Shown here in pieces: positions 40,101 through 49,912 of a stretch of DNA of 64,000 nucleotides. Position 1 is the first letter of the stretch. Every line of letters starts with the position of its first letter. Source of the DNA: a virus (Duplodnaviria > Caudoviricetes). The DNA lies in IMG/VR virus record IMGVR_UViG_3300014206_000007, positions 64,001 to 128,000 of that record. One strand, 5' to 3'. The notes below the pieces were generated by a model. The model saw only the letters and a program-made list of their open reading frames with translations. It searched no databases and had not been told where the DNA came from. Both the position numbers and the translations under genes were made by a program.

Positions 40101-42172
40101 GATTTTAATGCTGGATATATTTCAATAAATTCTTTCTGATATGGCAATAATTCTTTTCTATCAATTCTTTTTAAATTCTTTAAACTCAATGCACTTATAT
40201 CTGAAGTATCAGATTTTGATATCCATGTTAAATTATAAATTTTTTGAGCAATCGTTTTATATGCATAGATATTATAATCTTCATACAAAGAATCAAATAG
40301 TATAATTGCCTCTAGAGCAAAGAATATTGGGATAGTCAAGCTTTCTATTCTCATTCTTCCACGAGGAATTTGTTTTTTCTTAAACTTTTTATAATCATAT
40401 GAATTATAATTAAGAATAAAGAGTTTAGTTAAAGCAACTTCTCCATATTTCTCATTAATCATATTGATTAAACGCCTAATGTTAATATGCTGAATTTGAA
40501 TATATTGCTTATTTTTAATTAATGAAACAGTATCAATTTTACTTGAAATTGCACTTCCTAATGCATTTTTAGAAACAAATAATCTGCTCTTCCATGAACT
40601 TATTAATGATTCTTTTGAAGTATTGATACTATTAAATATATCAAATATTGATTCTTGTACTATAGTATCAGTATATGATGTTAAATTACAATTATTTATA
40701 AAAGATTCAACTACATAACTAGATTCCGATTCAGTTGCAATTGACTTTTTAAAATCATTATATTTTTTCTCATTGTCTATATACCAAGCAATTAATTGAG
40801 GAAATTCATTTTTCAATTCAGATTTCCAATCAATTTTTCCGTTAGGAGTGTCTCTTTTAAACCTTTGAAGAACCGATGTTTTTACAGAAGTCCCCATTAA
40901 TATTATAGGCATTTCTTTAATTTTGCTTAGTTCAACCAGTGAAAATATTTGTACTCCCTCTATAATAAACTTTTTATTTTTATGAGAATTACAATATTCA
41001 AGAACGAAATCGAAAAATTTAGTAAATTCAGAATAAAATTCTTCTCTAGAAAATTCCTTTACCGTTTTATCTCGTAAATCTTTTCTTTTTTCTAATAGAT
41101 ATATTTTAAATACTTCTCCTGCTTTAGCAAGTGATTTATCTAGATAAGCATTACTATGCTCAAATATATCCAACTCTATTACTTCTGCTTTATACTCTGA
41201 TGCTAATGATTTGGAAATTGTCGATTTACCAGAACCAGATAGCCCCGTAATAAATAATATGTTAGACTCACCAGATGTAAATTTATCAAAATTTATATAT
41301 AAATTTTTATTGTTAAAGAGATAGCTCTCTTCTACTATTTCATCATCCAATTCCTCTATCTCAACTAATGACTCTAATGCGGCATTATTGGCATCGTTTT
41401 TATTACTATCATTTGTGGCAAACTGCTCTTTTAATTCAAGAAGTTTTTCAAAGAAAGCGGAATAATCTTTATCTACTACCTTTACATAATTAATAGTAGG
41501 TATTTTTTCCATTACTTTATCTTTATCTTCTTCTTTCACTCTATCAATTGCTTGAATTTTATAGTGCTGATTTGTATGACTTTTCACTTCAATTTCTAAA
41601 TTCAATGATGGAATATAAAAATCTGGAATATAGAATCTTTCTCCTTCATTTTCTTTATCATTAGGATTCACGTAGTCATAGTAGTAAGTATGAGGTGATG
41701 GAGCCATTATATCTCCACTATTAAACTGTAGCATTGTATCTAACATCATTAAAAATTCTTTTTCATAACTTCCTACATAGCTAACCATTCCATCATCTTT
41801 AAATTTATATTGCCCAGATATTTTTCTAGAGCTAACCATTTTTCTCTGCATATCTGGATTATCCAATAAATGGACTTTTCCATATTTATTTATCATACGA
41901 TTTTTAAATACTTCTCTATATTTTTCTTTACACTTAGGGTTATCACAAAACCTTTCGTATTTCTGAGTAGCTTCATTCCATTTTGTAGCTCTACCGTCTA
42001 CAATACATTTTCCTTCAGTTTTCTTAGTTTGTAAAAAATAAAAATATCTAGAATGTGTATATCCCTCTGGCATTTCATTCGGATGAAATTTATCCATATG
42101 GGATGACCATCCACTAAATGTTGATAGATTCTTTTTACATATTGGACATTTATATGATTTAACTTTTTGCAT
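37127..42172 (-). CDS. 1681-aa polyvalent protein: Zn-finger/PD-(D/E)xK nuclease, P-loop kinase, SNF2 ATPase, ART-like domain, permuted NlpC/P60 peptidase
   Basis: CPIC..H...H; YIPDFYIPSLNLEIEVK; GLSGSGKST; EQGLGKT, DESH, SGTP, QACDRIHRIGQ; FFKELKEYGYNATIDDND; FSHACISF..YFCSRFVA. Confidence 0.85.
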   Translation of the reverse strand: MQKVKSYKCPICKKNLSTFSGWSSHMDKFHPNEMPEGYTHSRYFYFLQTKKTEGKCIVDGRATKWNEATQKYERFCDNPKCKEKYREVFKNRMINKYGKVHLLDNPDMQRKMVSSRKISGQYKFKDDGMVSYVGSYEKEFLMMLDTMLQFNSGDIMAPSPHTYYYDYVNPNDKENEGERFYIPDFYIPSLNLEIEVKSHTNQHYKIQAIDRVKEEDKDKVMEKIPTINYVKVVDKDYSAFFEKLLELKEQFATNDSNKNDANNAALESLVEIEELDDEIVEESYLFNNKNLYINFDKFTSGESNILFITGLSGSGKSTISKSLASEYKAEVIELDIFEHSNAYLDKSLAKAGEVFKIYLLEKRKDLRDKTVKEFSREEFYSEFTKFFDFVLEYCNSHKNKKFIIEGVQIFSLVELSKIKEMPIILMGTSVKTSVLQRFKRDTPNGKIDWKSELKNEFPQLIAWYIDNEKKYNDFKKSIATESESSYVVESFINNCNLTSYTDTIVQESIFDIFNSINTSKESLISSWKSRLFVSKNALGSAISSKIDTVSLIKNKQYIQIQHINIRRLINMINEKYGEVALTKLFILNYNSYDYKKFKKKQIPRGRMRIESLTIPIFFALEAIILFDSLYEDYNIYAYKTIAQKIYNLTWISKSDTSDISALSLKNLKRIDRKELLPYQKEFIEIYPALKSKLNLRGYINAFEQGLGKTLTAIGLAECLDAKRIYIVCPNTLKDNWALEIKEYYNKYMNNDELWRQEVVICDNNPREISKARFIITNNESISKMYPYITDEKKSMFILDESHNFRNINGQRVGELLDLVRKINSDDNLIMSGTPIKAIPNEIVPALLMIDPLFTIEAAEIYTKCFNISSTAAMEIVQKRFGMVMYRKTKSELSLPDKEIHQLSFKLSDSEKYTVSNCKEEIITLFYGIYEEKMKSNMDLQQEYINFINKYSRASESDTAKYIKWVKKNINTDAQTYLHELDMAFMKSFVPTYVKPNINNANDFKRVDRLEKEFIHMDRSAMGLAIGKVIHPRRSEMFIRLYNENKDEIIDMIENNNKKVIIFSQFEKVVEFIAKDLNEQGIKTLLITGNVKTNRTDTLTQFKEDDEVQVLVATSQTMSTGVTLVDANKMFFFGPPWRSTDFDQACDRIHRIGQSSKVDIYLVTLDTGEKKNLATRMVDILNWSQDMFDSAIKEENLIDGIAEAMESAIFIESNDIVTNKMLSIAQEEFIMNKNSLDKIKIQKGAHLQRLTLTRNENNNNRHIYVSKTKEDNDKYLIEWGNRGYKVILEVTNDIIIPSYKERFDIFLKVMEKVDINKVVKDISALKYRNNSEKFMNEWKNRHITKMSNESYISFISSLINSEYNREIFFKELKEYGYNATIDDNDAAEWTYRPIIIFERNKNVKQIDCIKINNEMIEDSKKRLHENIIKKSVDGIFNTLESILPIESDEIYTINSESKELPFYSNIVEFLNEYYDKSNDIVLESSIDDDKKFPIFIVLMHSGTALANAIKAVTKDKFSHACISFSVKLNPLYSFGRKDLDMTKTGFVTNSPKDRFFTKFKAYYSVYVIYVTKQDLDNMKSRLDFFIKNENKLRYDVKGLLLNYVQLPNENRKKYFCSRFVADILSSGKIIDKSPSLYRPNDFVYLKDVIKIDEGDDFYKYDWKVAFSNLNKINKGDEVNGTR

Positions 42173-42202
42173 AATAAATAGTCACCAACTTTCTTGTTAA
42201 TT

Positions 42203-42214
42203 TATATGAATGTT
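42203..42214 (-). promoter_or_regulatory. AR9-type late promoter motif
   Basis: AACA-ttcata-TA upstream of the polyvalent protein; divergent copy at 42259-42270 on +. Confidence 0.6.
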
Positions 42215-42295
42215 TTTGCGCACTTTTTTGTTTACGAATATAAGATAATAACATTATCAACACAAATTTAATATAATAAATAATATTTAGAAAGG

Positions 42296-43189
42296 ATGAT
42301 AAATATGAATATTGAAAAAGTTGAATATGTTTCTATATTCGATACATATACACAACATGAAAATGAATTAAATAAAATATATAATATGGATTACGCTATG
42401 GAAGCGGCTGAAGATAATTCAATAAATAAAGATAAAAATATATCACCTGATAGTATAGACGAAACTTTATCTACAAAAATATCAAATTTAATAGAAAAGA
42501 TATCGGAGTTTATCGAGAATTTAATAATGTCGCTTAAGAATAAATTCAGACAGTTAATGGTAACTGATAAAGGATTTGCTAAAGAACTAACTACTATGCA
42601 ACGTGATAGAAAACCTTTAAATGCAGTTAAAGTTATTAACTATCAATATATACCAGAGTTATTAACTGCTCAATATGGTAAAATAAAAACAGTTTCAACT
42701 AGACTAGTATCTAAGGCAAATGGAAGTGTAACAAATGATCCAAATAGTCCATTGTTATTAGATAATGGTGAATTTGAAATAATGCTTTTAAAGGAAATTG
42801 GATTTACTGAAGGAAAAACTTTTAAAGAATATTTAGATTATATTAAAAGAACTTTCCGAGGAGAAAAAAAAGAAGTCACTATTTTAAAATCTCAAATTCC
42901 AGTATATAAGAAAAATGTTGATGGATATAAAGAGTTATATACAACATTAAATACTGACCTTGTAGATTTAAAAAGTGATATATCTAATTTAAAGAATAAG
43001 ACTAAATTATCATTAAGAAATAAAAATTCTGAGGAAATAGATAAGAAAAAAATTATTATGCAAATTAGAAATCTTAGTAATTTATATAACTTTTTCCTTA
43101 GCTATATCAATCTTTACCACGAATTATCAGTTGAGCTTATGCTGAGTTCGAGGATAATATTACGAAAAATGTATCAAATGCAGAGATGA
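42296..43189 (+). CDS. putative internal head protein
   Basis: AME cleavage-like motif followed by amphipathic helix KISNLIEKISEFIENLI; late motif at 42259-42270. Confidence 0.6.
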   Translation: MINMNIEKVEYVSIFDTYTQHENELNKIYNMDYAMEAAEDNSINKDKNISPDSIDETLSTKISNLIEKISEFIENLIMSLKNKFRQLMVTDKGFAKELTTMQRDRKPLNAVKVINYQYIPELLTAQYGKIKTVSTRLVSKANGSVTNDPNSPLLLDNGEFEIMLLKEIGFTEGKTFKEYLDYIKRTFRGEKKEVTILKSQIPVYKKNVDGYKELYTTLNTDLVDLKSDISNLKNKTKLSLRNKNSEEIDKKKIIMQIRNLSNLYNFFLSYINLYHELSVELMLSSRIILRKMYQMQR

Positions 43190-43301
43190 TTATAAACAAT
43201 ATCGTAAGTATGAAAATACTTCCAACCCTACTTGTTGGTTACCTGTTTCTCTCCATGTTTTTCATTTTTGTATTTCTCCTTGATCAGTACGCTAAAGAAA
43301 T

Positions 43302-43350
43302 GATAAAAGTATATACTATTCAGAGTATATACTTTTATCGCCCTTTTTTT
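43302..43350 (+). terminator. intrinsic terminator
   Basis: gataaaagtatatact-attcag-agtatatacttttatc followed by a T run, between convergent genes. Confidence 0.7.
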
Positions 43351-43354
43351 GCTA

Positions 43355-43636
43355 TTATTGAGTCATAACTTCCATTATACGATTCGGCTCAATATGAGCT
43401 TCTTTACAAATAATACAACACCCTTCATTAACTACACATTCTAATCCAGTTAAATTAACCTTTAAACATACTTTTCCATAAGTGAATTGAGGGCTTTCAG
43501 TAAACCAAGTCCAATACATCCTTTTGATTTTAGGGTTGGGGTGTTGATATGCATATTTAATAGGATCAAATCCTTTTTTTAAAATCTTTTTATATCGTGT
43601 TAATTTTGTCGAATGATATCCTATCAATTCTTTCAT
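43355..43636 (-). CDS. small putative ADP-ribosyltransferase-fold protein
   Basis: YHST......ILKKGF, WFT, YG.V.LKVNL pattern typical of HxT-type ART folds. Confidence 0.45.
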   Translation of the reverse strand: MKELIGYHSTKLTRYKKILKKGFDPIKYAYQHPNPKIKRMYWTWFTESPQFTYGKVCLKVNLTGLECVVNEGCCIICKEAHIEPNRIMEVMTQ

Positions 43637-43652
43637 AGAATCACCTTTTTTT

Positions 43653-46166
43653 TTATTTCTTTTTATAAATTTTCCTTTCTATTGGTTCATCATGTGTTTC
43701 AACAAAATCTTCTTCTGTATTTTCATCTTCGTCATCAATTTCGGTATCTTCCTCAAATACTTGAGTATTCTTACCCTTAGTAGTGCGAATCAACATTTCT
43801 TTTATATCAGTGCTTATATCCATTTCTTTTATATGTTGAAGATTAAATACATAGTCCCATGCAATATCCTGTCTTTCTCCCTCGTATGTTTCAATTAATG
43901 TTACAGATGATAAATACTTATTATACTCATTAAATAAAGTAACATACATTAGTTTATTCAATGGTGTATCATAAATTATATACTTATCAATGTATAATGG
44001 TGCAATAGCATCAATTAAAACGTCTTCAGTCTTATCACATTCACGGACAAATTTAATTTTTAATCCAATTGCTTTTAGTTTAGCATTTAAAATATCAGCA
44101 TTTGCATTAATAAAATTATCTTTAATATCAAGTTGCTTTAATTCAAGTGGATTGCCATCAGTTTCTAATATTCTATCTAATGATTTTCTTCCTAATGTAG
44201 AAGATCTCATAAAGATATTCCATTCTGCCAATGTAGTACCACTTATAGAACTCATTAGATTATATATTTCGGATAATCTAATTGGCGATCTTGCATATGA
44301 TGAACGATTAGTTTTCTTTGCAATATCTTTAGTTGGTAGATTAGCACGATTAACTCTAAATGTACTTCTTGCTGAGAAGTTTTTATTACTATTCTGCTTT
44401 AGAATTATCATGTATTTATCTCCAACTATTCCATCTTTTATAATTCTTCGTTTCGTTGTACCAAATATATTGATGTATAATGGTAATGGTTTAATGAAAC
44501 TAAATTCATCATATAAAGTAGCAATCGTTTCATAACGAATCATTGCATCTGGTGGCTTTACAATATAAAAACCATTCGTTTCAATATCTCGAATGAAGTC
44601 TTTTTTACCTTTTGGATCTAATAAATTTATGTTAATACCTTTTTTATTTACTACCTTATCAAGGGAATGATAATAATTTTTATAGAAATCACATTCATCT
44701 TTATTAACTATTTCAAGAAATCTAAATATTATATCTAGTTTATCTTGATCATTATCTAAAGTACAAATTCTCTTTCTTAATTCTTCCCCTACAAAATTTA
44801 ATTCAACTTCAACTAATTGTCCAGTGTTTAGTCTACGAATTGAACCACTCATATTTAGTATTATATCTACTGGAAAATCATCAGTGTATGGCATCTTATC
44901 ATCATCGACGATGGCAATGCTCTTAGATAATTTATCCCTTTCTTCTTCAGTGGACTCCTTGCCCATCATTCCTAATATATTATTATAAACTTCAGTTTGT
45001 ACTGGTTCAGTTATTCTAGAGATAACACCTTTATCTCCATAACGTCCAGCAATTTTTGAACCTGGGGCAAGTTCTATTAATGATTTTACCTTAAAAATTA
45101 TAAGCATATTACTAAATTCTTTATCTTTATTTTTCCATTTGTATTCAGAGTCATTAAAGTGCATATGCTTTGATCTAAAATATGTCACATTATTTGTAAA
45201 TTTAGACCCTGATTCTTTTATATCAGTTGCCCATTGATATATTTTATTTGAATATTCGCAGATATCATCATAATAAAGTTTAAGCTGATGATAAAATATG
45301 TTATCTGGGAATGGTTCAGATTTGTTATAATATATATCAATATCATAAATCTCACTATCGTGAGTAACAAAGAAATCCGTATCAGTACTATTTATTTCTT
45401 TCATATACTGAGGTTGAAAATCATATAATAAATGGTTCTTATTTATTCTTCTAGTAGCACATAATGTACTATTAATAACTCTTTCACCAACATTTGGAAA
45501 TGCTTGATATTTATCATCATTACCATATAAATTTAACGGAATATCGTTATCGTTTATAGGAACTACGACTTCATCAACTTCTGATGATATAACTTGATTG
45601 GCCCACCCTTTTCTAATTACGACAGCATCTTCAAGGGTATCATTACTAGTACTATAATACACTTTGGCATTTTTACCATAACGATAATTCATATGCTCAT
45701 CATACGAGGTTGATTTATACAATATTTCATCCTTAATAGTATCTCCAACAGATAGAGCATCCATTCTTTCAGTATTATATAAATAACCAAATTTCTCAGT
45801 AAGGTTTTCAGCAACCTTTTTCTCTATTATATCATAAGTATCAGTCATCTTATTATATAATATTAATGTGTAGATAGTTTTATTATTACTAAATTTATAT
45901 ATAATATCCTCAACAGTCCACGTTCCCGTCAACTTTTTATATGCGGTATTATATTTTCCTATAATGTTTTCAAATCCAGTTTGGACTCTAGGAATATCGG
46001 GATTCAATAATGTCAAGACCTGCTTTAAGTTTGATGTAAACATATATCCTCTTGAACTATCACAGTCAAGTGGATATCCAAGTAAAGTAGGACCAAACAT
46101 TTTATACATCTGATCTCCGTATTCATCATCCATTTTAATTAATGCATCTTTTAAATTTACAGACAT
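43653..46166 (-). CDS. phage RNA polymerase beta-like subunit, C-terminal part (probably non-virion RNAP)
   Basis: EDAVVI, GSKIAGRYGDKGVIS, VDIILN..RRLNTGQ. Confidence 0.9.
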   Translation of the reverse strand: MSVNLKDALIKMDDEYGDQMYKMFGPTLLGYPLDCDSSRGYMFTSNLKQVLTLLNPDIPRVQTGFENIIGKYNTAYKKLTGTWTVEDIIYKFSNNKTIYTLILYNKMTDTYDIIEKKVAENLTEKFGYLYNTERMDALSVGDTIKDEILYKSTSYDEHMNYRYGKNAKVYYSTSNDTLEDAVVIRKGWANQVISSEVDEVVVPINDNDIPLNLYGNDDKYQAFPNVGERVINSTLCATRRINKNHLLYDFQPQYMKEINSTDTDFFVTHDSEIYDIDIYYNKSEPFPDNIFYHQLKLYYDDICEYSNKIYQWATDIKESGSKFTNNVTYFRSKHMHFNDSEYKWKNKDKEFSNMLIIFKVKSLIELAPGSKIAGRYGDKGVISRITEPVQTEVYNNILGMMGKESTEEERDKLSKSIAIVDDDKMPYTDDFPVDIILNMSGSIRRLNTGQLVEVELNFVGEELRKRICTLDNDQDKLDIIFRFLEIVNKDECDFYKNYYHSLDKVVNKKGININLLDPKGKKDFIRDIETNGFYIVKPPDAMIRYETIATLYDEFSFIKPLPLYINIFGTTKRRIIKDGIVGDKYMIILKQNSNKNFSARSTFRVNRANLPTKDIAKKTNRSSYARSPIRLSEIYNLMSSISGTTLAEWNIFMRSSTLGRKSLDRILETDGNPLELKQLDIKDNFINANADILNAKLKAIGLKIKFVRECDKTEDVLIDAIAPLYIDKYIIYDTPLNKLMYVTLFNEYNKYLSSVTLIETYEGERQDIAWDYVFNLQHIKEMDISTDIKEMLIRTTKGKNTQVFEEDTEIDDEDENTEEDFVETHDEPIERKIYKKK

Positions 46167-46169
46167 TTA

Positions 46170-46634
46170 CTAATAACCCCCTAAATTGTTATTGATTATT
46201 AATTCTTTTCGTACTCTCATAAGGATTTTACCTAGCTTATTTTCTCCTTTTCCATTGCATATTCCCCAATATGTATCACCCCAGTCATTTCCTTCTTCTA
46301 TTTTCATTGGATAAGTACTTATTAAGAAATCTCGCATATGAGGATTTCTGGTAAATTTATCTTTTACTATTTGATACATAATATCATCCTTTACACTACT
46401 CCAATCTGGACGTATGTCCACTGCTTTTCCACGTTTCATTGCATCTACTGGAGATAATGAGGTAAATATTTTTCTATTCTTTTTGCATAATACCTTTGCT
46501 GATTGATATGCCGCTTCACTACTTTTATAACATATTCCATCGTAGTAAACCACGATGTTACGATCATAGAAATTGGAAAGTGGGGAGTACTTGCCCCTGA
46601 ACTCCCCAATTTTATAATAATATTTTTTATTCAT
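46170..46634 (-). CDS. NADAR (YbiA-like) family protein
   Basis: LSNFY, SSEAAYQSAK, EGNDWGDTYWG, GENKLGKILMRVR. Confidence 0.9.
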   Translation of the reverse strand: MNKKYYYKIGEFRGKYSPLSNFYDRNIVVYYDGICYKSSEAAYQSAKVLCKKNRKIFTSLSPVDAMKRGKAVDIRPDWSSVKDDIMYQIVKDKFTRNPHMRDFLISTYPMKIEEGNDWGDTYWGICNGKGENKLGKILMRVRKELIINNNLGGY

Positions 46635-46653
46635 AATATCGCCTTAGATAACT

Positions 46654-47859
46654 TTATTTATCCCATTCATCATCTAACATATCACCATATCTAATAGTTT
46701 CTTCTTTAGTAAGTTCTTTAGTACCTAGTAGTGCTTCAAAATAAGGTCTTAATGTTGTTAATACTCCATTTCTAAAATCGGATTCATTAATGAATTTAGT
46801 CCTAAATAATTTCCTACTAAATTTCATTGTATCTAATCCTGTTAGATATAAATATGGATTTCTTCCTTGAATGATTCCGATTGAATCGGCATATTCATAT
46901 AATGAATATATTGGATCAAATCCGATATCTTTATTAAATGCAATATCAATTGTAGAGCCAATGAAGTTTGATTTAGTTTTAGCAATTTGGACTGTTGCTT
47001 TAAATCCTTCAAATCCAACTTCTGATTTATCATACATATTGGATTTTATCATACTGATTCTAAAATAATTCTGAGAATAAAATTGAGTAGCTTTTCCTTT
47101 TGGAAGTACTTCACTTGGTCCCAGCATCAACATACCTTTTGGCGGAACTTTAAATTTATTAGTCTCAACGTTTTCTAATATATGATTGATAGTTATCATA
47201 TTAATATTATATTTCAGCATTCTATCTAAGCAGTTATTATAGAAACGTTTTAAATCCTTTGCTGCTCTTGCAGGGTCCATATTGGTTCCTAACTCATCAA
47301 CTTCAGTACTATTTGAATTGAATGATGGTAACGAATCGATAATAAATACTGTTGGAATATAAACTTTAAACGGTTTCCCATCATATGACATATCTTTTAT
47401 TTCATATTTATATTTATCTCCACCAGATTCTTTCAATTCGCAAATCTGATTAAACATATCGAGTACATCTTCTATGGTTGTATTTTGATTTTTTAAGATG
47501 ATTCGTTCATCATCCATGTTTGTGCCGGTTATTCTAATCAATCTTTGTTTTAATGCCGTTCTTTCAGCATCAATGTGAAATAATAAGCTATCTTCAAATG
47601 ATTTAACTATACTGAATCCTATTTGATCAGCTAATGTAGTCTTACCAGTACCAGTATTGCCCATTATTCCAGTAAATGATCCGCCACGTATTCCTAACAT
47701 CGGAACCATTTTACTATTTCCTTTTGCATCTCTTACTTCTTGCCAAAATCCATTGGCATAATCCAATGGTAATATACCAGTTGAATATGTTACAAATTGG
47801 TCATCTGATGTAAATAGACCAGCTTTATCTTTACCTTTTAATTCTGCTAATAATCCCAT
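46654..47859 (-). CDS. uvsX: RecA/UvsX-like recombinase
   Basis: STGILPLDY, GNTGTGKTT, IDAE, IIDSL, INHI. Confidence 0.8.
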   Translation of the reverse strand: MGLLAELKGKDKAGLFTSDDQFVTYSTGILPLDYANGFWQEVRDAKGNSKMVPMLGIRGGSFTGIMGNTGTGKTTLADQIGFSIVKSFEDSLLFHIDAERTALKQRLIRITGTNMDDERIILKNQNTTIEDVLDMFNQICELKESGGDKYKYEIKDMSYDGKPFKVYIPTVFIIDSLPSFNSNSTEVDELGTNMDPARAAKDLKRFYNNCLDRMLKYNINMITINHILENVETNKFKVPPKGMLMLGPSEVLPKGKATQFYSQNYFRISMIKSNMYDKSEVGFEGFKATVQIAKTKSNFIGSTIDIAFNKDIGFDPIYSLYEYADSIGIIQGRNPYLYLTGLDTMKFSRKLFRTKFINESDFRNGVLTTLRPYFEALLGTKELTKEETIRYGDMLDDEWDK

Positions 47860-48037
47860 ACTTTTTAATTTCCTCCTCTTTAATCATTATACAAATAATA
47901 TATTCTCAAAATGAATTTATATCATTTGCTATATAAATTTGTTAAATTGATAATATTTTTATAGTAAAATATATAAAAAAAAATATAACGATTAGGAAAT
48001 CCTAATCGTTATATTTTGAGAGAGGTGCGGCAACTCG

Positions 48038-48958
48038 TTATTTATGTTTTCTTTTTCTATCGTTTTTCCTCGTTACTCTGAAATCTTCATTGAATGTCAT
48101 CTGCTGAATCATTTCATCAAGACGGTCATTCTTAGGATCATTTACTTTAGGAGCCTGAGGTTTATTTGGTTTGCTAAAATTTTGTTTCTGCTGTTGTGTG
48201 TTTGGTTTATTTTGATATTTTGGCTTTTGTGTTTCTACGTACTTTGGCTGTTCGCTGTCTTTGGCTTCTCCGAATTTATTTTCTTTATTTATTCTGAATT
48301 GTTTGTAAAGTTGAGTGTCTCTGAACTTACTAGTGTCAATTGCCTCAACTTTATCAGAAGTAGTATTGCAGCTAAACTGGTCTTTTGTAATGTTCAAAGT
48401 CAATTTGTTTTGAACGCTACATCTGTCTTTATCTGGATCATTGTCATCGCAACGTGAATAAGCTTCGATTTCAATGTTGATGTTATCAGTGTGATACTTG
48501 TGGTCTTGGTCAAAGAGATTCATGTTTGGCTCAATTACCAAGTAAAGTATTTTTTGATATTTGTTATTGCTGAACTGAATATTGCGGCTATCTGAGGACG
48601 CAATAAGTCCCTTATAAATGCGGTATTGCTTTGAATATTCAATAGGCTTTATAATTCCATTAAACGGGAATGCTATTAAGAAGACATTATCGTCCCGTTT
48701 AGAAAAACTGTTAGCTCTAATCAAAACACTACGTTTGCCGTTTTCATTATCTCTAACAGAGATACTTTGTTTAAAGGAGGTGTATTCTTTTGATGCGCTT
48801 AATAATCTGAGAACTTGCCTTCCCCTCAGTTCATCTTTTATCTGTCTTGAAGCCTGTGGAGTCGTAAAAATGTCCAGTTGATACAATTTCTCCTGGTTTG
48901 CTGCTTCCTTTTCGGAACTTTTGAAATTAAATAATTCTTGGTTAATGATATTTAGCAT
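48038..48958 (-). CDS. hypothetical protein with basic low-complexity tail, paralog of 49035-49844
   Basis: shared ML.I.N.E.F.F, P.NGI...I..S..Y..Y and K.LYL. Confidence 0.7.
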   Translation of the reverse strand: MLNIINQELFNFKSSEKEAANQEKLYQLDIFTTPQASRQIKDELRGRQVLRLLSASKEYTSFKQSISVRDNENGKRSVLIRANSFSKRDDNVFLIAFPFNGIIKPIEYSKQYRIYKGLIASSDSRNIQFSNNKYQKILYLVIEPNMNLFDQDHKYHTDNINIEIEAYSRCDDNDPDKDRCSVQNKLTLNITKDQFSCNTTSDKVEAIDTSKFRDTQLYKQFRINKENKFGEAKDSEQPKYVETQKPKYQNKPNTQQQKQNFSKPNKPQAPKVNDPKNDRLDEMIQQMTFNEDFRVTRKNDRKRKHK

Positions 48959-49034
48959 ACTTATTAATCTCCTTTATATAATTTTTTTATTAATAAACTT
49001 AATTAACTGTATGAGATATATAAATAATTATTAT

Positions 49035-49844
49035 TTATCTCAATTTTGCTGACATCATGCCACCCTTTTTTGATAAGTTTTCTGGAATATCGGATAGACA
49101 GAACATGCCCTTGCCATAGTACTCAAATAAATCTTGTCTTTCTTCAGAACCTTTACACAACACAAATGATGTTAATTTATTATAAACTATGTCTATATTA
49201 TTAATAGACTTCAATTCTGCATTATTGAATATTGTATTCAATGCGAAATGATGAGTATTTAATAATCTAATATTATTTTCCGAATCAGTAAATATGAATT
49301 CGGAGAATGAGAAATATGCATCTATATCTACTAGTAGATATAATAATTTGTCACAAAATCCATTCAGCCATTTAAATGGTCTTTGTTTCAAGACAATTAA
49401 TGATGCATTGTATAATTTATAATATTCTGATTTTTTAATCTGCCTTAAAATTCCATTGCATGGAATTGCACCAATCAGTAATATTTTTTCAGGATAGTCG
49501 TCTCTATTTTCTGTGATTTGCTCAAATATCAAAGTATGATATTTATTGTCATTTTTAAATAATGCTGTTAATCTTTCATAGTTATTATCAGTTGTATACA
49601 TGCTATGCTGTTTGAAATTGGAAGTTTGTAATTTTTCAATAATCATTTCTTCGTCCGCAGCCTTCATATAGTCAAATTCCGATTTGATAATAATAGATGC
49701 AAATGGAACTTTCCTATATTGTGGCAATTCAAAATTTTTCGGATCGGTGAATAGACTTATTAAAGTGAAATAACAGCCTTCTTCTTGATTGAAAATTGTC
49801 TCAGTTTCAAATCGAAAGAATTCGGGATTTAATATTTTCAACAT
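49035..49844 (-). CDS. hypothetical protein, paralog of 48038-48958
   Basis: similarity to the adjacent ORF. Confidence 0.65.
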   Translation of the reverse strand: MLKILNPEFFRFETETIFNQEEGCYFTLISLFTDPKNFELPQYRKVPFASIIIKSEFDYMKAADEEMIIEKLQTSNFKQHSMYTTDNNYERLTALFKNDNKYHTLIFEQITENRDDYPEKILLIGAIPCNGILRQIKKSEYYKLYNASLIVLKQRPFKWLNGFCDKLLYLLVDIDAYFSFSEFIFTDSENNIRLLNTHHFALNTIFNNAELKSINNIDIVYNKLTSFVLCKGSEERQDLFEYYGKGMFCLSDIPENLSKKGGMMSAKLR

Positions 49845-49912
49845 TTTATTTCAGGTCTCCTTTCAGAAATATAAAGAGCTTACCAATAAAGTAAGCTCTT
49901 TATCAATTTTAA

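Noticed and set aside
43186-43368. 60-aa hydrophobic + strand ORF
   Set aside because: It runs through a terminator hairpin into the convergent gene and has no clear RBS; probably spurious
43990-44535. Antisense ORFs such as 43990-44535, 18185-18625 and 48044-48457
   Set aside because: They are shadows of well-supported minus-strand genes, with no RBS or motifs
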